Assembly (NCBI GenBank): GCA_020632135.1
Contig: JACKGC010000001.1
Coordinates: 52,241-116,240, forward strand
Source: Candidatus Nomurabacteria bacterium
Lineage (GTDB): Bacteria; Patescibacteriota; Minisyncoccia; Phycocordibacterales; UBA918
Direction of reading: 5' to 3'
DNA length: 64,000 bases
This document shows positions 55,064-64,000 of this stretch, in pieces. The position numbers and the translations under genes are program-made. The notes under the pieces were generated by a model. The model did not search any database. It was not told the DNA's origin and saw nothing but the letters and a program-made list of their open reading frames with translations. Every line of letters begins with the position of its first letter. The stretch's first letter is position 1.

Positions 55064-55201
55064 TTACTCCTTACAGGAGCTGTACACCTTGTCGCTATTT
55101 TGTTTCCTGGCGTCACAAAATAGCTGGCAAGGTCTTGCGAAAGCCTCCCAGGCTTTCTCACCCCAGAAACAACCACCTGCGATGACAGCTTTTTTGGTCA
55201 T
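55064..55201 (-). pseudogene. duplicated msrA 5' fragment fused to unrelated sequence (45-codon ORF)
   Basis: 55161-55195 is identical to 55015-55049 (35 nt). Encodes [14 protein letters not shown] and then diverges. Its stop overlaps the SD of the real msrA. Confidence 0.5.
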
Positions 55202-55264
55202 GTTGGTAAGTATAAATAAAAAGCGGGCGGTTCGCTATGCGAACCGCCCGATCTCTTTGCTTTG

Positions 55265-55810
55265 TCACCTGGTATACAGCTCGGCGACCTCGTAGGCATT
55301 TGGCCAAAGCTGGCTATCTCGGACCACTACCTGCACCGGCAGCTCAGTGTCAATCGCCACATGAGCAGGAAACCCTGCTGCCTCCAGTACCCGCGCACTC
55401 AACAAGACCTCGCGGCCGTTATTGCACAACTCGACACGACCATACCCCCGCGGGTCGTACCACTTCAAGATCGCATCGATCCGACGAGTGGTGAGTTGTG
55501 CATGTCGATCAGGCGCTCGGTCATCCAAATGCTGTGCCGGCGTCTGTCGCGGCAAGACCGGAGCCAACTCGACATCTCGAGCCCAGAGAGCGCCATTGAT
55601 GTAGCGCAGCAAACAGGTAATGTCGAGCCCCGGCATAATGAACCGCACCGCTGATGTGTCCACTACATGTTGGCGCAAGAAGGCATTCTTACCGTTCTCG
55701 AGCTTGAGCAGCCAATATTGTGAGTCAGCATAGTACTGCTTGACTCGAGCCCGTTGTCGCCCACCAACAGAGGTAAAATGAATGTTTCTCGATACCGCAC
55801 CTTCGTGCAT
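55265..55810 (-). CDS. hypothetical protein (possible cold-shock/OB-like C-terminal half)
   Basis: ORF from the track. KWYDPRGYGRVE...G.EVLL resembles a CSD core. Weak. Confidence 0.45.
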   Translation of the reverse strand: MHEGAVSRNIHFTSVGGRQRARVKQYYADSQYWLLKLENGKNAFLRQHVVDTSAVRFIMPGLDITCLLRYINGALWARDVELAPVLPRQTPAQHLDDRAPDRHAQLTTRRIDAILKWYDPRGYGRVELCNNGREVLLSARVLEAAGFPAHVAIDTELPVQVVVRDSQLWPNAYEVAELYTR

Positions 55811-55960
55811 ACTTCCTCTCCTTGCAATTCAAAGAACAACTGATGTCGCAGTTGTTGCTAATATAGGACATCTTCTGGATTAGTCAATAGTTTGCGGGGT
55901 AAAAGCGGGCGGTCCCTTGGGTCCGCCCGCTTTTCACTTCCTTTTGGTCACACTACTTCC

Positions 55961-56353
55961 CTACTCAGTCGTTACCCCATCAAAGTGTACTTCAGCATCA
56001 TCAGCTTTGGTAGCTTGCACCAAACCATCCTTGTGCTCAGCTGGAGAATAGATCGAGTAAAGTTTTACCACCTCGTCACTCTCGTTAATAAAATTATGCT
56101 TCGTACCGGCTGGCACGATAACACACCAGTCATCTTCAAGTTCGTAGACATCGTCCTCATTAAGGACCGCCTTACACTTCCCACTCTCGATACGAATAAA
56201 CTGATCGAGGTGGTGTACCTCCTCACCGATCTCAACACCTGGCTCAAGGCTCATGACCACTAACTGACTGTGTTCACCAGTATAGAGCACTCGCCGGTAA
56301 TCAGTGTTTTCCTTCGTAACTTCTTCAATGTTTGCAACATAACCTTTTTTCAT
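55961..56353 (-). CDS. cupin domain protein
   Basis: G(X)5HxH-like EPGVEIGEEVHHLDQ and G(X)5PxG(X)2H-like VIVPAGTKHNFIN motifs. Confidence 0.8.
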   Translation of the reverse strand: MKKGYVANIEEVTKENTDYRRVLYTGEHSQLVVMSLEPGVEIGEEVHHLDQFIRIESGKCKAVLNEDDVYELEDDWCVIVPAGTKHNFINESDEVVKLYSIYSPAEHKDGLVQATKADDAEVHFDGVTTE

Positions 56354-56430
56354 ATGCTTGTTCCGTTATCGCATTAGTAAAGCCCTCATAGGGTCTCATA
56401 TGAGCTGGCCGCACGCAAATTTGCTTTGCG

Positions 56431-57405
56431 TTACGCCACTTCTACTTTGTTCGGCAACTCGTGTCCGAGGAAAAATTCGTTGATATTGTATCCGACGAGC
56501 TCTGACATCCGTCCGCGTGTTTCTTCACTACCGGAAGCAATATGTGGAGTCAAGATCACGTTCTCAAGCTCGCATAGCCCGGCCGCCAGCGCAGGCTCAT
56601 CTTCAAACACATCGAGGCCGGCCGCTCGGATCGTGCGGTTGGTGAGCGCTTCAACGAGCGCCGCTTCGTCCACCACCGGCCCCCGAGAAGTGTTAACAAG
56701 ATACGCGGTAGGCTTCATCATCGCCAGCCGCTCAGCATTGATGAGGTGCTTGGTCTGGGGCAAGAGTGGCACGTGGATAGACACCACATCTGCGTGTGCC
56801 AGCAACTCATCAAGACTCTCACAGTACTCGCAAGCTACCGCTGCTTCGAGCGCTTCGCTGCGTGCAATATCATAATAGCGCACCCGCATTCCAAAGCCAT
56901 CAGCCAATCGCTTCGCCACTCCTGAGCCAATACGGCCGGCGCCGACAATGCCCAACGTCTTATTTTTAAGATCGCTGCCGAGCAGCAGCTCGGGCGCCCA
57001 ACCTTGGTACTTACCCGCTCGCGTATAACGATCAGCTTCCGGAATACGCTTCGCGACCGCGAGGATCAACGACACCGCGTACTCGGCCACCGTGTCGGTG
57101 AGCACGCCAGGCGTATTAGTGACCACGATACCCTGCTCAGCCAGCTCCTGTACCGCTATATTATTGAAACCCACCGCGTAATTGGCCACGATCTTCACAC
57201 TCGGTGCAACGGAGAGAATGTCCATGTTGATGGTGTCAGTGAGAAGACTCACCACACCATCATACGGCCGAGCTGCGAGCTCTGCCTTTAGCTCATCGGT
57301 GGTCAAGACACCATCCTTCTCACTTACCACCACCTCATGTCCGCCTTCGCGCATCCAGCGCAAGCCAACCTCGGGTATTTTGCGGGTAACAAAGATCAAA
57401 GCCAT
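56431..57405 (-). CDS. D-isomer-specific 2-hydroxyacid dehydrogenase (glyoxylate/hydroxypyruvate reductase-like)
   Basis: NAD fold GIVGAGRIGSGVAKR. Catalytic R..E..H arrangement (NTSRG...D, TPHIAS). Confidence 0.9.
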   Translation of the reverse strand: MALIFVTRKIPEVGLRWMREGGHEVVVSEKDGVLTTDELKAELAARPYDGVVSLLTDTINMDILSVAPSVKIVANYAVGFNNIAVQELAEQGIVVTNTPGVLTDTVAEYAVSLILAVAKRIPEADRYTRAGKYQGWAPELLLGSDLKNKTLGIVGAGRIGSGVAKRLADGFGMRVRYYDIARSEALEAAVACEYCESLDELLAHADVVSIHVPLLPQTKHLINAERLAMMKPTAYLVNTSRGPVVDEAALVEALTNRTIRAAGLDVFEDEPALAAGLCELENVILTPHIASGSEETRGRMSELVGYNINEFFLGHELPNKVEVA

Positions 57406-57448
57406 AGGTAAAGAAACTTATGAATACCTCACTATGGTACCACACAAA

Positions 57449-57838
57449 CTAGGCCGTACCGTAAAACCCTTGGTAGGTTAAGTAGATACCGAACAGTAGC
57501 GCGATCAATAAGACCGGGGTTCGACACCGATCACCGAGCACTTTACCAGCGGTACGCAATAGATACTCCGGAAACGCTACATACATCACTCCTTTTGCGA
57601 GCGCAGCCCAACCAAAGATAGTGATTATCACCCGCCAGCTCATTTCCCACACGTTGTGTGAGAGAATGACCGCCAAGCCACCAATGATGCCAACAAATCC
57701 TGCAATTAGAAGCGGAAAAGAATAGGGTCGAAGGTCACGCAGTGCTGCCTCTAAAAAGACCGGTCGCAACAGCGCGATCAGAATAAAGACCACGAGCGTG
57801 AGTCCAAATAATTGGGCCAGGAACAATGATACTTCCAT
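57449..57838 (-). CDS. hypothetical 4-TM membrane protein
   Basis: ORF from the track with four hydrophobic helices. Confidence 0.55.
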   Translation of the reverse strand: MEVSLFLAQLFGLTLVVFILIALLRPVFLEAALRDLRPYSFPLLIAGFVGIIGGLAVILSHNVWEMSWRVIITIFGWAALAKGVMYVAFPEYLLRTAGKVLGDRCRTPVLLIALLFGIYLTYQGFYGTA

Positions 57839-57911
57839 ATGCCGATAGTGAGTTAGTTGGATAAACCTCCCTCATTATTTAGTATACGCTTTGTACCAGG
57901 ATTTGCTACGC

Positions 57912-58775
57912 TTAAACTGGCCGGATCGCAATAAAACGCTTCTTCCAGGCCCGCTGAAACTTCTCGATGGAAAGACTGTTGCCGCCACTTGCCTCAGCTG
58001 GGTCATTATAAAACACCTTACCATCCTGAACCCCCGTTACCACCACTAGGTGCGGAATCGGGTTGGTCGGCTCGAAGGTGTAGTGCACCGAAGCCATGAC
58101 TGGACCAGTGTGCAATTCCTCTTGTAGCACTGCAAAGGCAGCCTCCATGCTAAGGTCAGCGTAGCTCACACTCTCCCCGGTGAGGCCATACGGCGCTGCG
58201 AGCTGAATGAGTCCCGAGTGGATCCAGCCAGCGTCGCTCAAAAAGGCGTCCGCGGCAATACCCCGAGAAAGGAGGGCATCGACTGATTCCACTCCTTTGG
58301 CGTAGTGATCGATGATCATCGCGAGACTCGCGATACCACACCCCACCTTCTGCCATGAAGCGCTCGAGATATCGGTGAACTGTGAATAAAACGGCACGTT
58401 CGGTATCTCACTCTTCGTGGCCGCAAGCGGCCGGGCCGGAGTGACTGCAGTACTCACTGCTTCTTGCTGGGCTTTTTCTTCAGCTGAAACGCGCTTTACC
58501 GGCACTCGCTGACGCACGGTCTTAGTTTCTGCAGTGCTAGCAGCTGGAGTGATATCAGCAGGACTTGGGGAGACGATCAGCTGCGCCACCTTTGGTGGCG
58601 CAGCTGATTCAACCTCAGCAGACGGAGTCTCATCATCTGGAGTTGCTGCTACGAACGCTGAAACGGCCGTGGTGATACCGTACACCACACCAAGTTCAAC
58701 AATCAGCACAAAGATCGGAAGAAACCACTGTATCAAAACAAGAGTAGTGTATCGCGGACTCCAATCTAGACACAA
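57912..58775 (-). CDS. membrane-anchored peptidase C39-like domain protein
   Basis: VPFYSQFTDISSASWQKVGCGIASLAMII (C39_2-type Cys). The start is unresolved. The track ORF extends to 58973 but its first 166 nt overlap the upstream gene, so TTG at 58775 is proposed. Confidence 0.6.
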   Translation of the reverse strand: MCLDWSPRYTTLVLIQWFLPIFVLIVELGVVYGITTAVSAFVAATPDDETPSAEVESAAPPKVAQLIVSPSPADITPAASTAETKTVRQRVPVKRVSAEEKAQQEAVSTAVTPARPLAATKSEIPNVPFYSQFTDISSASWQKVGCGIASLAMIIDHYAKGVESVDALLSRGIAADAFLSDAGWIHSGLIQLAAPYGLTGESVSYADLSMEAAFAVLQEELHTGPVMASVHYTFEPTNPIPHLVVVTGVQDGKVFYNDPAEASGGNSLSIEKFQRAWKKRFIAIRPV

Positions 58776-58807
58776 GGCAAGGAGTGTAGTCTTATTTTTT
58801 GCACTGC

Positions 58808-59740
58808 CTAATCCTGCACAATGACCGTAGTACCCAGTTCTGCCCACGTATAGAGCACGTGCGCTATACTTGGCGGCAGATTCACACAACCATGCGAGTA
58901 CTGCGAACCAAAGCTGTTGTGCCAGTACGCACCATGGATGACCGCACCACCTTCCGTGAAGTAGAGATTCCACGGCACACCTGGAAGATCGTAGTACTGC
59001 CGGTCAGCCAAATTCGGTAACGGCCCCTGCATATACCGACTCGGAGTTTTTTTATAAATAGTGAACGTACCGCGCGGTGTGGGCGTGAGCTCAAGACCGG
59101 TAGAAATATCTGCTTCTAGGAAGATCTCATTCCCCTCAAAGGCGTAGAGGCGCTGTTCGGATCGATCGACCGTAATACTCTTTTTGCTTGTCGTGGAGTA
59201 CTCATGCTCCCAGACCGTACGTTCACCCTCATCAAGCAAGACGCGTACAAACTCCGCCGCCACGTACCAGTCGCCCTTAACCCGCTCTGGGTAGCGCAGC
59301 CATTCATCAAAGATGATCTTGTACCAAGTGCGACCATCGCGCTCGACTTGCCCGCCCACCTTCAGCACTACGCCGTTACGCAAGCTTTCCAAGACCGGGT
59401 AATCAGTGCCGGGGCCGGAACGCACTCGTAAACACTCCCCTTCAAAGTGGGCACCACAGCTATCGACAATTTCAATAAATTCAAAGAGTACCTTCTCAAC
59501 CGGAAGCAGTACCAGCTCGTCGGTAGTGGAGCTCGTCACTACCACCATCTCTTCATCAGCCAAGAATGGTGACGGTGGAGCTTCAAGATGCTCAAGATCA
59601 ACGATCATAACGTCGCTCATATCTGTCTGCACCGGTCCCGCCGGTGACCAAAAGGCATAAAATATGACCGTCACAAGCACAATAACGAGCACGATAAGTA
59701 GTGCTAATAGTGCATAGATGACTTTCTCACTCTTTGCCAT
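58808..59740 (-). CDS. L,D-transpeptidase (YkuD) with SH3b-like domain
   Basis: YkuD signature HGAYWHNSFGSQYSHGCVNL. ATG at 59740 followed by a TM (VIYALLALLIVLVIVLV). The 59905 start in the track is unlikely. Confidence 0.85.
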   Translation of the reverse strand: MAKSEKVIYALLALLIVLVIVLVTVIFYAFWSPAGPVQTDMSDVMIVDLEHLEAPPSPFLADEEMVVVTSSTTDELVLLPVEKVLFEFIEIVDSCGAHFEGECLRVRSGPGTDYPVLESLRNGVVLKVGGQVERDGRTWYKIIFDEWLRYPERVKGDWYVAAEFVRVLLDEGERTVWEHEYSTTSKKSITVDRSEQRLYAFEGNEIFLEADISTGLELTPTPRGTFTIYKKTPSRYMQGPLPNLADRQYYDLPGVPWNLYFTEGGAVIHGAYWHNSFGSQYSHGCVNLPPSIAHVLYTWAELGTTVIVQD

Positions 59741-59838
59741 AGTACGTATAAGTATAGGTCTCGCATGAAAGAAGCGCAAAGTATAAAAAGAAATAGCCGC
59801 GCCCACTTCGTGGGCGCGGCATAACACACCAATCGAGA

Positions 59839-60462
59839 CTATGTGATCACCAACCGTGTGCGCAGACCCGGTTCTGCTCGCTCTGGAGGACAGCGGTCGA
59901 TGCAAAACTGGCGCTTCTGGCTCTCCCAGTACACCAACGGCACCGTACCGTCAGTAAATACCGAACCAGAACACAGTGTACAACAATCGGCATCGAGGTA
60001 ACGTCCAGTCAACCGAAAGCGCAACCAGGCATGGAGTAGCTGCTCGCGCAACGTCACGCCGGCAATACCTTGTCGGCGTACAACTGCCGCCGACATGTTT
60101 TCATACTCCACATCAGCTTCCACTCGTTGGCGCAAACGAATGGCATAGGCCTGTTCTGGAACGCGATCATCTGTAAGTTCTGTATCCAGTGTCGCCAACC
60201 CATCGCCTGTTACTGGCAGCTCAGCTGACATATGGCGGCAGAGCTGCGCATAACTCAATCCTGCTGGCACCACTACCATCACCGGAAAACGTGGTCCGGC
60301 GTCTGGTATTGCGACCGACTCAACCAAGTCTGATGCGCCGAGTACCCGAAAGATACTCTGCAGCTGTGACCGCTGTACAGCAATTGAATCGGGTTTGGGC
60401 CGGTGCCACCGTCGATGGCGAGCAGGCGATTTTTCTTGATTCATCATCAACTCTTCAGTCAA
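59839..60462 (-). CDS. hypothetical protein (207 aa)
   Basis: ORF from the track, followed by the hairpin gccgcgccc-acttcg-tgggcgcggc at 59797-59821. No family recognised. Confidence 0.5.
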   Translation of the reverse strand: MTEELMMNQEKSPARHRRWHRPKPDSIAVQRSQLQSIFRVLGASDLVESVAIPDAGPRFPVMVVVPAGLSYAQLCRHMSAELPVTGDGLATLDTELTDDRVPEQAYAIRLRQRVEADVEYENMSAAVVRRQGIAGVTLREQLLHAWLRFRLTGRYLDADCCTLCSGSVFTDGTVPLVYWESQKRQFCIDRCPPERAEPGLRTRLVIT

Positions 60463-60921
60463 TGTAATCTCCCCATTTGTGTGGTTAAAAGAACATAAAA
60501 CGCCGGCTTCATGCCGAACGCCTCACTAGACTGCCGCCTAGTCTGACTTTTGTCAACAGAAAAAGCAGGATAAAGGTCTCCTATGGTTGTGGAAAAGCTG
60601 TGGATAGTTTGTGAGTACGTTGTGCACTGTACCCACAATTCCCTTGACAGTTCTTGTTATCAGGAATTAAATGAAAGTGAACGGTAGTTTGGAGGAGCCT
60701 ACCATGTTGATCTTTCCATTTCAGATACCGCCGCGAATGCACAATGCGCTTCAATGCCGCATCTGCCGTTCGGGGCCCTTCCGGGCCGTGTACACCTTGG
60801 TGACACACGACCACACACCGACCGACCAGAAGCTTCTACTCCATTGGACGAGTTGGCCGAAACGACTGAGTTTCGCCGCCATATTTGGATTACTTTTCAA
60901 GATGGGACCGTCTCGATAACG

Positions 60922-60949
60922 AAAAACAGGCCTACGTAGGCCTGTTTTT
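60922..60949. terminator. bidirectional terminator (perfect palindrome)
   Basis: aaaaacaggcctacgtaggcctgttttt. Confidence 0.75.
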
Positions 60950-60970
60950 ATTTGTCTCACCTTTCATGAC

Positions 60971-61897
60971 TTAGTGGTGATGGTGATGCGCCGCCTCAGG
61001 CTGCCAACCGCAGGTGTTATCAGGACACTCACCTACCCGCTCGATCTCAATGGTTGCGTGCACAATATGGTACTGTTGCAGCTGCTCAACCACCTTGGCG
61101 CGCAGAACAGGATACGCTTCAGGCAACACATCTTGTACTACCACATGCCCGGTAAAGACGTTATGCTCGCCATCAAGCGACCACACATGCACATCGTGTA
61201 CTGTTGCGACTTCCGGCAGCGCCACGATAGCCGCCCCGATCGCATCGAGATCTGCGCCACTTGGGGTGCCTTGCAGCAGAATATTCACCACCTCCCGCAA
61301 TCCCCTCACCACATGCCAGAGAATGAACGCCGTGTACCCAATCGTGAGAAGTGGGTCGATCAAGTAGAGATCAGTAAAATAGATAATAACCGCTCCCACC
61401 AGCACCGCTACCCAACCAAGTACATCCTCGAGCAAATGAAGTGAGAGCACTTTTTCATTTGCACTATGACCACCACGAAGGCGCAGGTAGGCGATGTAAT
61501 TGACGACGATCCCAAAAACTGCAATACCGATCATGCCAACGGGCATGACTGGCTCAGGCGCAAAGAGCCGCTGCACTGCTTCGATCAAGATGAAGATCGA
61601 GCCTACCAAGAGCACCACGGCGGTAAAGAGCGCTGAAAAAAGCGACAATCGCTTGTACCCAAAAGTACGCTTCGCATCAGCTGGACGCTCGGCTTGCTTC
61701 TCGGCCACGTAGGCCGTGATGAGCGAGATACTATCGCCGAGGTCGTGGAGTGCATCAGAAAGGATCGCGACACTATTAGTGAGAATACCTCCGATGATCT
61801 CAATGATAGTGAAGCTGATGTTGAGTATACCCGCAAACAAAACCTTCTTGCTGCGCACATCACCGTGATGATGATGGCCATGATGATCGTGTGACAT
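60971..61897 (-). CDS. cation diffusion facilitator (CzcD/ZitB-type) with His-rich termini
   Basis: 6 TM, HDLGD and HLLEDVLG metal sites. N-terminal HDHHGHHHHG and C-terminal HHHHH. Confidence 0.9.
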   Translation of the reverse strand: MSHDHHGHHHHGDVRSKKVLFAGILNISFTIIEIIGGILTNSVAILSDALHDLGDSISLITAYVAEKQAERPADAKRTFGYKRLSLFSALFTAVVLLVGSIFILIEAVQRLFAPEPVMPVGMIGIAVFGIVVNYIAYLRLRGGHSANEKVLSLHLLEDVLGWVAVLVGAVIIYFTDLYLIDPLLTIGYTAFILWHVVRGLREVVNILLQGTPSGADLDAIGAAIVALPEVATVHDVHVWSLDGEHNVFTGHVVVQDVLPEAYPVLRAKVVEQLQQYHIVHATIEIERVGECPDNTCGWQPEAAHHHHH

Positions 61898-61997
61898 ACG
61901 AAAATAAATAAGAAATAAATCTGCTAAGTTTCTTGAGGAGAAGCGCTCACAGGCGCGAGTTCCCCTCTATCGTAGCATGCGTACCTGGTACGGTCTA

Positions 61998-62423
61998 TCA
62001 GCCCTCGTGTTTGCCCGCCACCTTAAAATTCACGTATAGATTCATAAGATAATTCCACACTCCCGCGACCCCAGCCACCACCAAGCGCGCTGCAAATACC
62101 CCGAGCGACGTTTGCTCCACCAGCAGATACATTCCCCCCGTTACAACCACCAATCCCACAGAGGCAATAAGAATGAAATTGGCGTACCCCGCGCGCGCAC
62201 TGCGCAGGCTGTGTTTGAAGACAAACTTCCGCGCGATCAGGTAATTGACCGACACCGATATCAAAAACGCCACCCCCGCTGCTAGCACATACTGCACGCC
62301 CCATACGTCAGTGAAAAGATACAGGAGCGCTAGGTCCAGCGATAGCGTACCCACACCGACCGTGGCGTACTTGAGGAGGCGGGTGAGTGCAGGAGAAAAC
62401 ATTGCTTGTATCATAGCAGACAC
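61998..62423 (-). CDS. GtrA family membrane protein
   Basis: 4 TM, Y..VG......D...L and N[YF]...R.[FW]VF pattern. Confidence 0.8.
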   Translation of the reverse strand: MSAMIQAMFSPALTRLLKYATVGVGTLSLDLALLYLFTDVWGVQYVLAAGVAFLISVSVNYLIARKFVFKHSLRSARAGYANFILIASVGLVVVTGGMYLLVEQTSLGVFAARLVVAGVAGVWNYLMNLYVNFKVAGKHEG

Positions 62424-62630
62424 ACAGGAGCCTACCGAACAGGGACTCGTCCCGCTTTTTCTAATTCGCTACGCTCATAAGAACGCTGGACGCGGCTCGC
62501 CGACAAGCCCTCCCTCTGGTCGTCTTGTGTACCGGCTCCGCCGTTCGAGTCCCTGTCCGCCGAGCAACGGCAAAGGCCGCAAACACTGACGTGTTTGCGG
62601 CCTGCCGATTGCTGGCTGTCTGGGACGGTG

Positions 62631-63146
62631 TTAGAACTTTTTTAACAGGAGATCACTATAAGAAACATCACACTTTTCACACTGATCCAACTCCAACAAA
62701 CCCATGACCTCGTAATGTTCAGCTTGTGCCTCTGGCATAGAGATGTCTCCCACTACCGTCTCAAGTTCAACATATTCTCCCAAGTCAGTAACATCATCTA
62801 GGTGGATTCTAGTATTTTTGTAAATCCAGAGTTCCCTTTCCTTTTCAACAGTGACCAACAACCCATTTGTAGCGCCCAAGACAGACTTGATTTTCTTGGC
62901 TTGAACTTCATCAAACGAAATTATTTCATAGGTTGAAACTTTTGACTCGCTCACATCTGGACGTTCGTAGTAGATGAGTTCAAACTCTTTGGAGTTTATC
63001 TCTCTCAGTTTAAGCCTCCCCTTTTTAATTTGAAAATAGGTGTCAATTTGATGCAAGACACTCTTTTCAGCGACACCTAGAAAAACGAGCCTTTCTCTCA
63101 GTTTGTTTAAAGCGTTAACCTTTGCTTTTAGTTCGATGTTTTTCAT
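62631..63146 (-). CDS. CYTH domain protein (class IV adenylate cyclase / triphosphate tunnel metalloenzyme)
   Basis: N-terminal ExExK motif (NIELKAK). Size and strand pattern of CyaB-like CYTH proteins. Confidence 0.8.
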   Translation of the reverse strand: MKNIELKAKVNALNKLRERLVFLGVAEKSVLHQIDTYFQIKKGRLKLREINSKEFELIYYERPDVSESKVSTYEIISFDEVQAKKIKSVLGATNGLLVTVEKERELWIYKNTRIHLDDVTDLGEYVELETVVGDISMPEAQAEHYEVMGLLELDQCEKCDVSYSDLLLKKF

Positions 63147-63964
63147 GGCCGTCTCAGATGATTAATAGCATCCGCTGCTCCGGTATAAAGTCTTTGTCCA
63201 TGACTTTCAACAATCTCTGCAAGAGTTTCCATCTGTCCCTTTCTCTCTACCTTGAAAAAGATATTCCCTTCAGGCATCCAGTGTGGCTGTACCTCTTCGA
63301 TCATCAGATCCGGTACATTTTGAATTGACGGATGATCTAAACTCTTCAAGTACAAGGGCCCAGAATAGTATCCGTACTGATAATCTTTGGTTTGAAAGAT
63401 AATGTCTTCAAGTTCTTCGTCACTTACTGTTGGTAAAAGTGGCCTTAGTGCCAACAGAGTTTTAATGTCTGATTCATATACTTCTTTCAAGGTATTGATT
63501 CTTTTCTCAGGAGAAGGGACTTTTGGTTCCCAGACAAGAGACGAGTTTATACAAGGAAGAGATACTGAAAATGTAAAAACATTTCCATTCTTGCTTACTT
63601 CGTCAGAAACGTCCCTCATTCTTTGAATGTATTCCTTTGACAACGGCAATTTTGTGACAACTGACAAGTCCCGACCTTGTTCGGCCAAATTTTCAAGTAT
63701 CTGTATGGCCTCTTCTTTTTGCTGAAAAAATTCAGTATCGCAACCAAGCATTATCGTCTTTACTTCCTTAGGCAAACGATTTAATAGGTCATACTGTTCC
63801 TGAGAGAGATAAGCCACTCCTCGTTCTTGATTAAAATTCATATCATCAACAAAACAGTATGTGCAATCAAGTGGACAGCTTAATTTTGAATATGTCAGAA
63901 CTCTATCACCTTCAATCTTCAGTCCTGCATTTTCAAATGGTTTTTTCTCAAACGACATCTTCAA
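63143..63964 (-). CDS. radical SAM protein (SPL/COG1533-like)
   Basis: CPLDCTYC (CX3CX2C) cluster motif near the N-terminus. 4-nt overlap with the CYTH gene. Confidence 0.8.
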   Translation of the reverse strand: MKMSFEKKPFENAGLKIEGDRVLTYSKLSCPLDCTYCFVDDMNFNQERGVAYLSQEQYDLLNRLPKEVKTIMLGCDTEFFQQKEEAIQILENLAEQGRDLSVVTKLPLSKEYIQRMRDVSDEVSKNGNVFTFSVSLPCINSSLVWEPKVPSPEKRINTLKEVYESDIKTLLALRPLLPTVSDEELEDIIFQTKDYQYGYYSGPLYLKSLDHPSIQNVPDLMIEEVQPHWMPEGNIFFKVERKGQMETLAEIVESHGQRLYTGAADAINHLRRP

Positions 63965-64000
63965 AGTATAACAAACCAGGGATTGGAACTAAATCCACGT

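Noticed and set aside
58776-58973. 5' extension of the C39-like gene overlapping the L,D-transpeptidase gene by 166 nt
   Set aside because: The Cys/Trp/His-rich peptide has no signal character, and an overlap this long is unusual. A start just downstream of the upstream stop is more plausible.

Overview
Dense bacterial chromosomal window with mostly minus-strand genes. The gene content (short ValRS, many orphan small ORFs, large secreted repeat proteins) resembles a reduced-genome CPR/Patescibacteria-like organism, but this is inference only. Housekeeping genes I recognise: tsaD, valS, lepA, murJ, mgtE, an rlmB-like gene, msrA, a DEAD-box helicase, PMM/PGM, a 2-hydroxyacid dehydrogenase, a CDF transporter, RNase P RNA (not visible in the ORF track), and tRNA-Val(GAC), tRNA-Phe(GAA) and tRNA-Arg(CCU). 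Five accessory regions stand out. (1) 4.6-21.0 kb: a co-directional surface-fibre locus with a SipW-type signal peptidase fused to a substrate-like module, three TasA/camelysin-like proteins, a sortase with an APHTG-type substrate, a 1244-aa adhesin-like protein and two Gly-rich secreted proteins that share a novel repeat. (2) 26.6-33.8 kb: tRNA-Arg preceded by two 195-bp tandem units that each carry a truncated tRNA 5' part. It is followed by a 6.76-kb putative integrated element holding a large serine recombinase and a low-GC MarR + MacAB-like efflux cassette. Each module of the element is flanked by perfect inverted repeats (138 bp and 242 bp) that meet at a 7-bp core, CACCATA. (3) 46.2-47.9 kb: a decayed islet next to a YafQ/DinJ toxin-antitoxin pair. 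(4) 51.4-52.1 kb: a truncated HUH/Y1 (RAYT-like) transposase flanked by three REP-like hairpins. (5) 62.6-64.0 kb: a low-GC CYTH + radical-SAM gene pair. All calls rest on motif recognition by eye; no database search was run.
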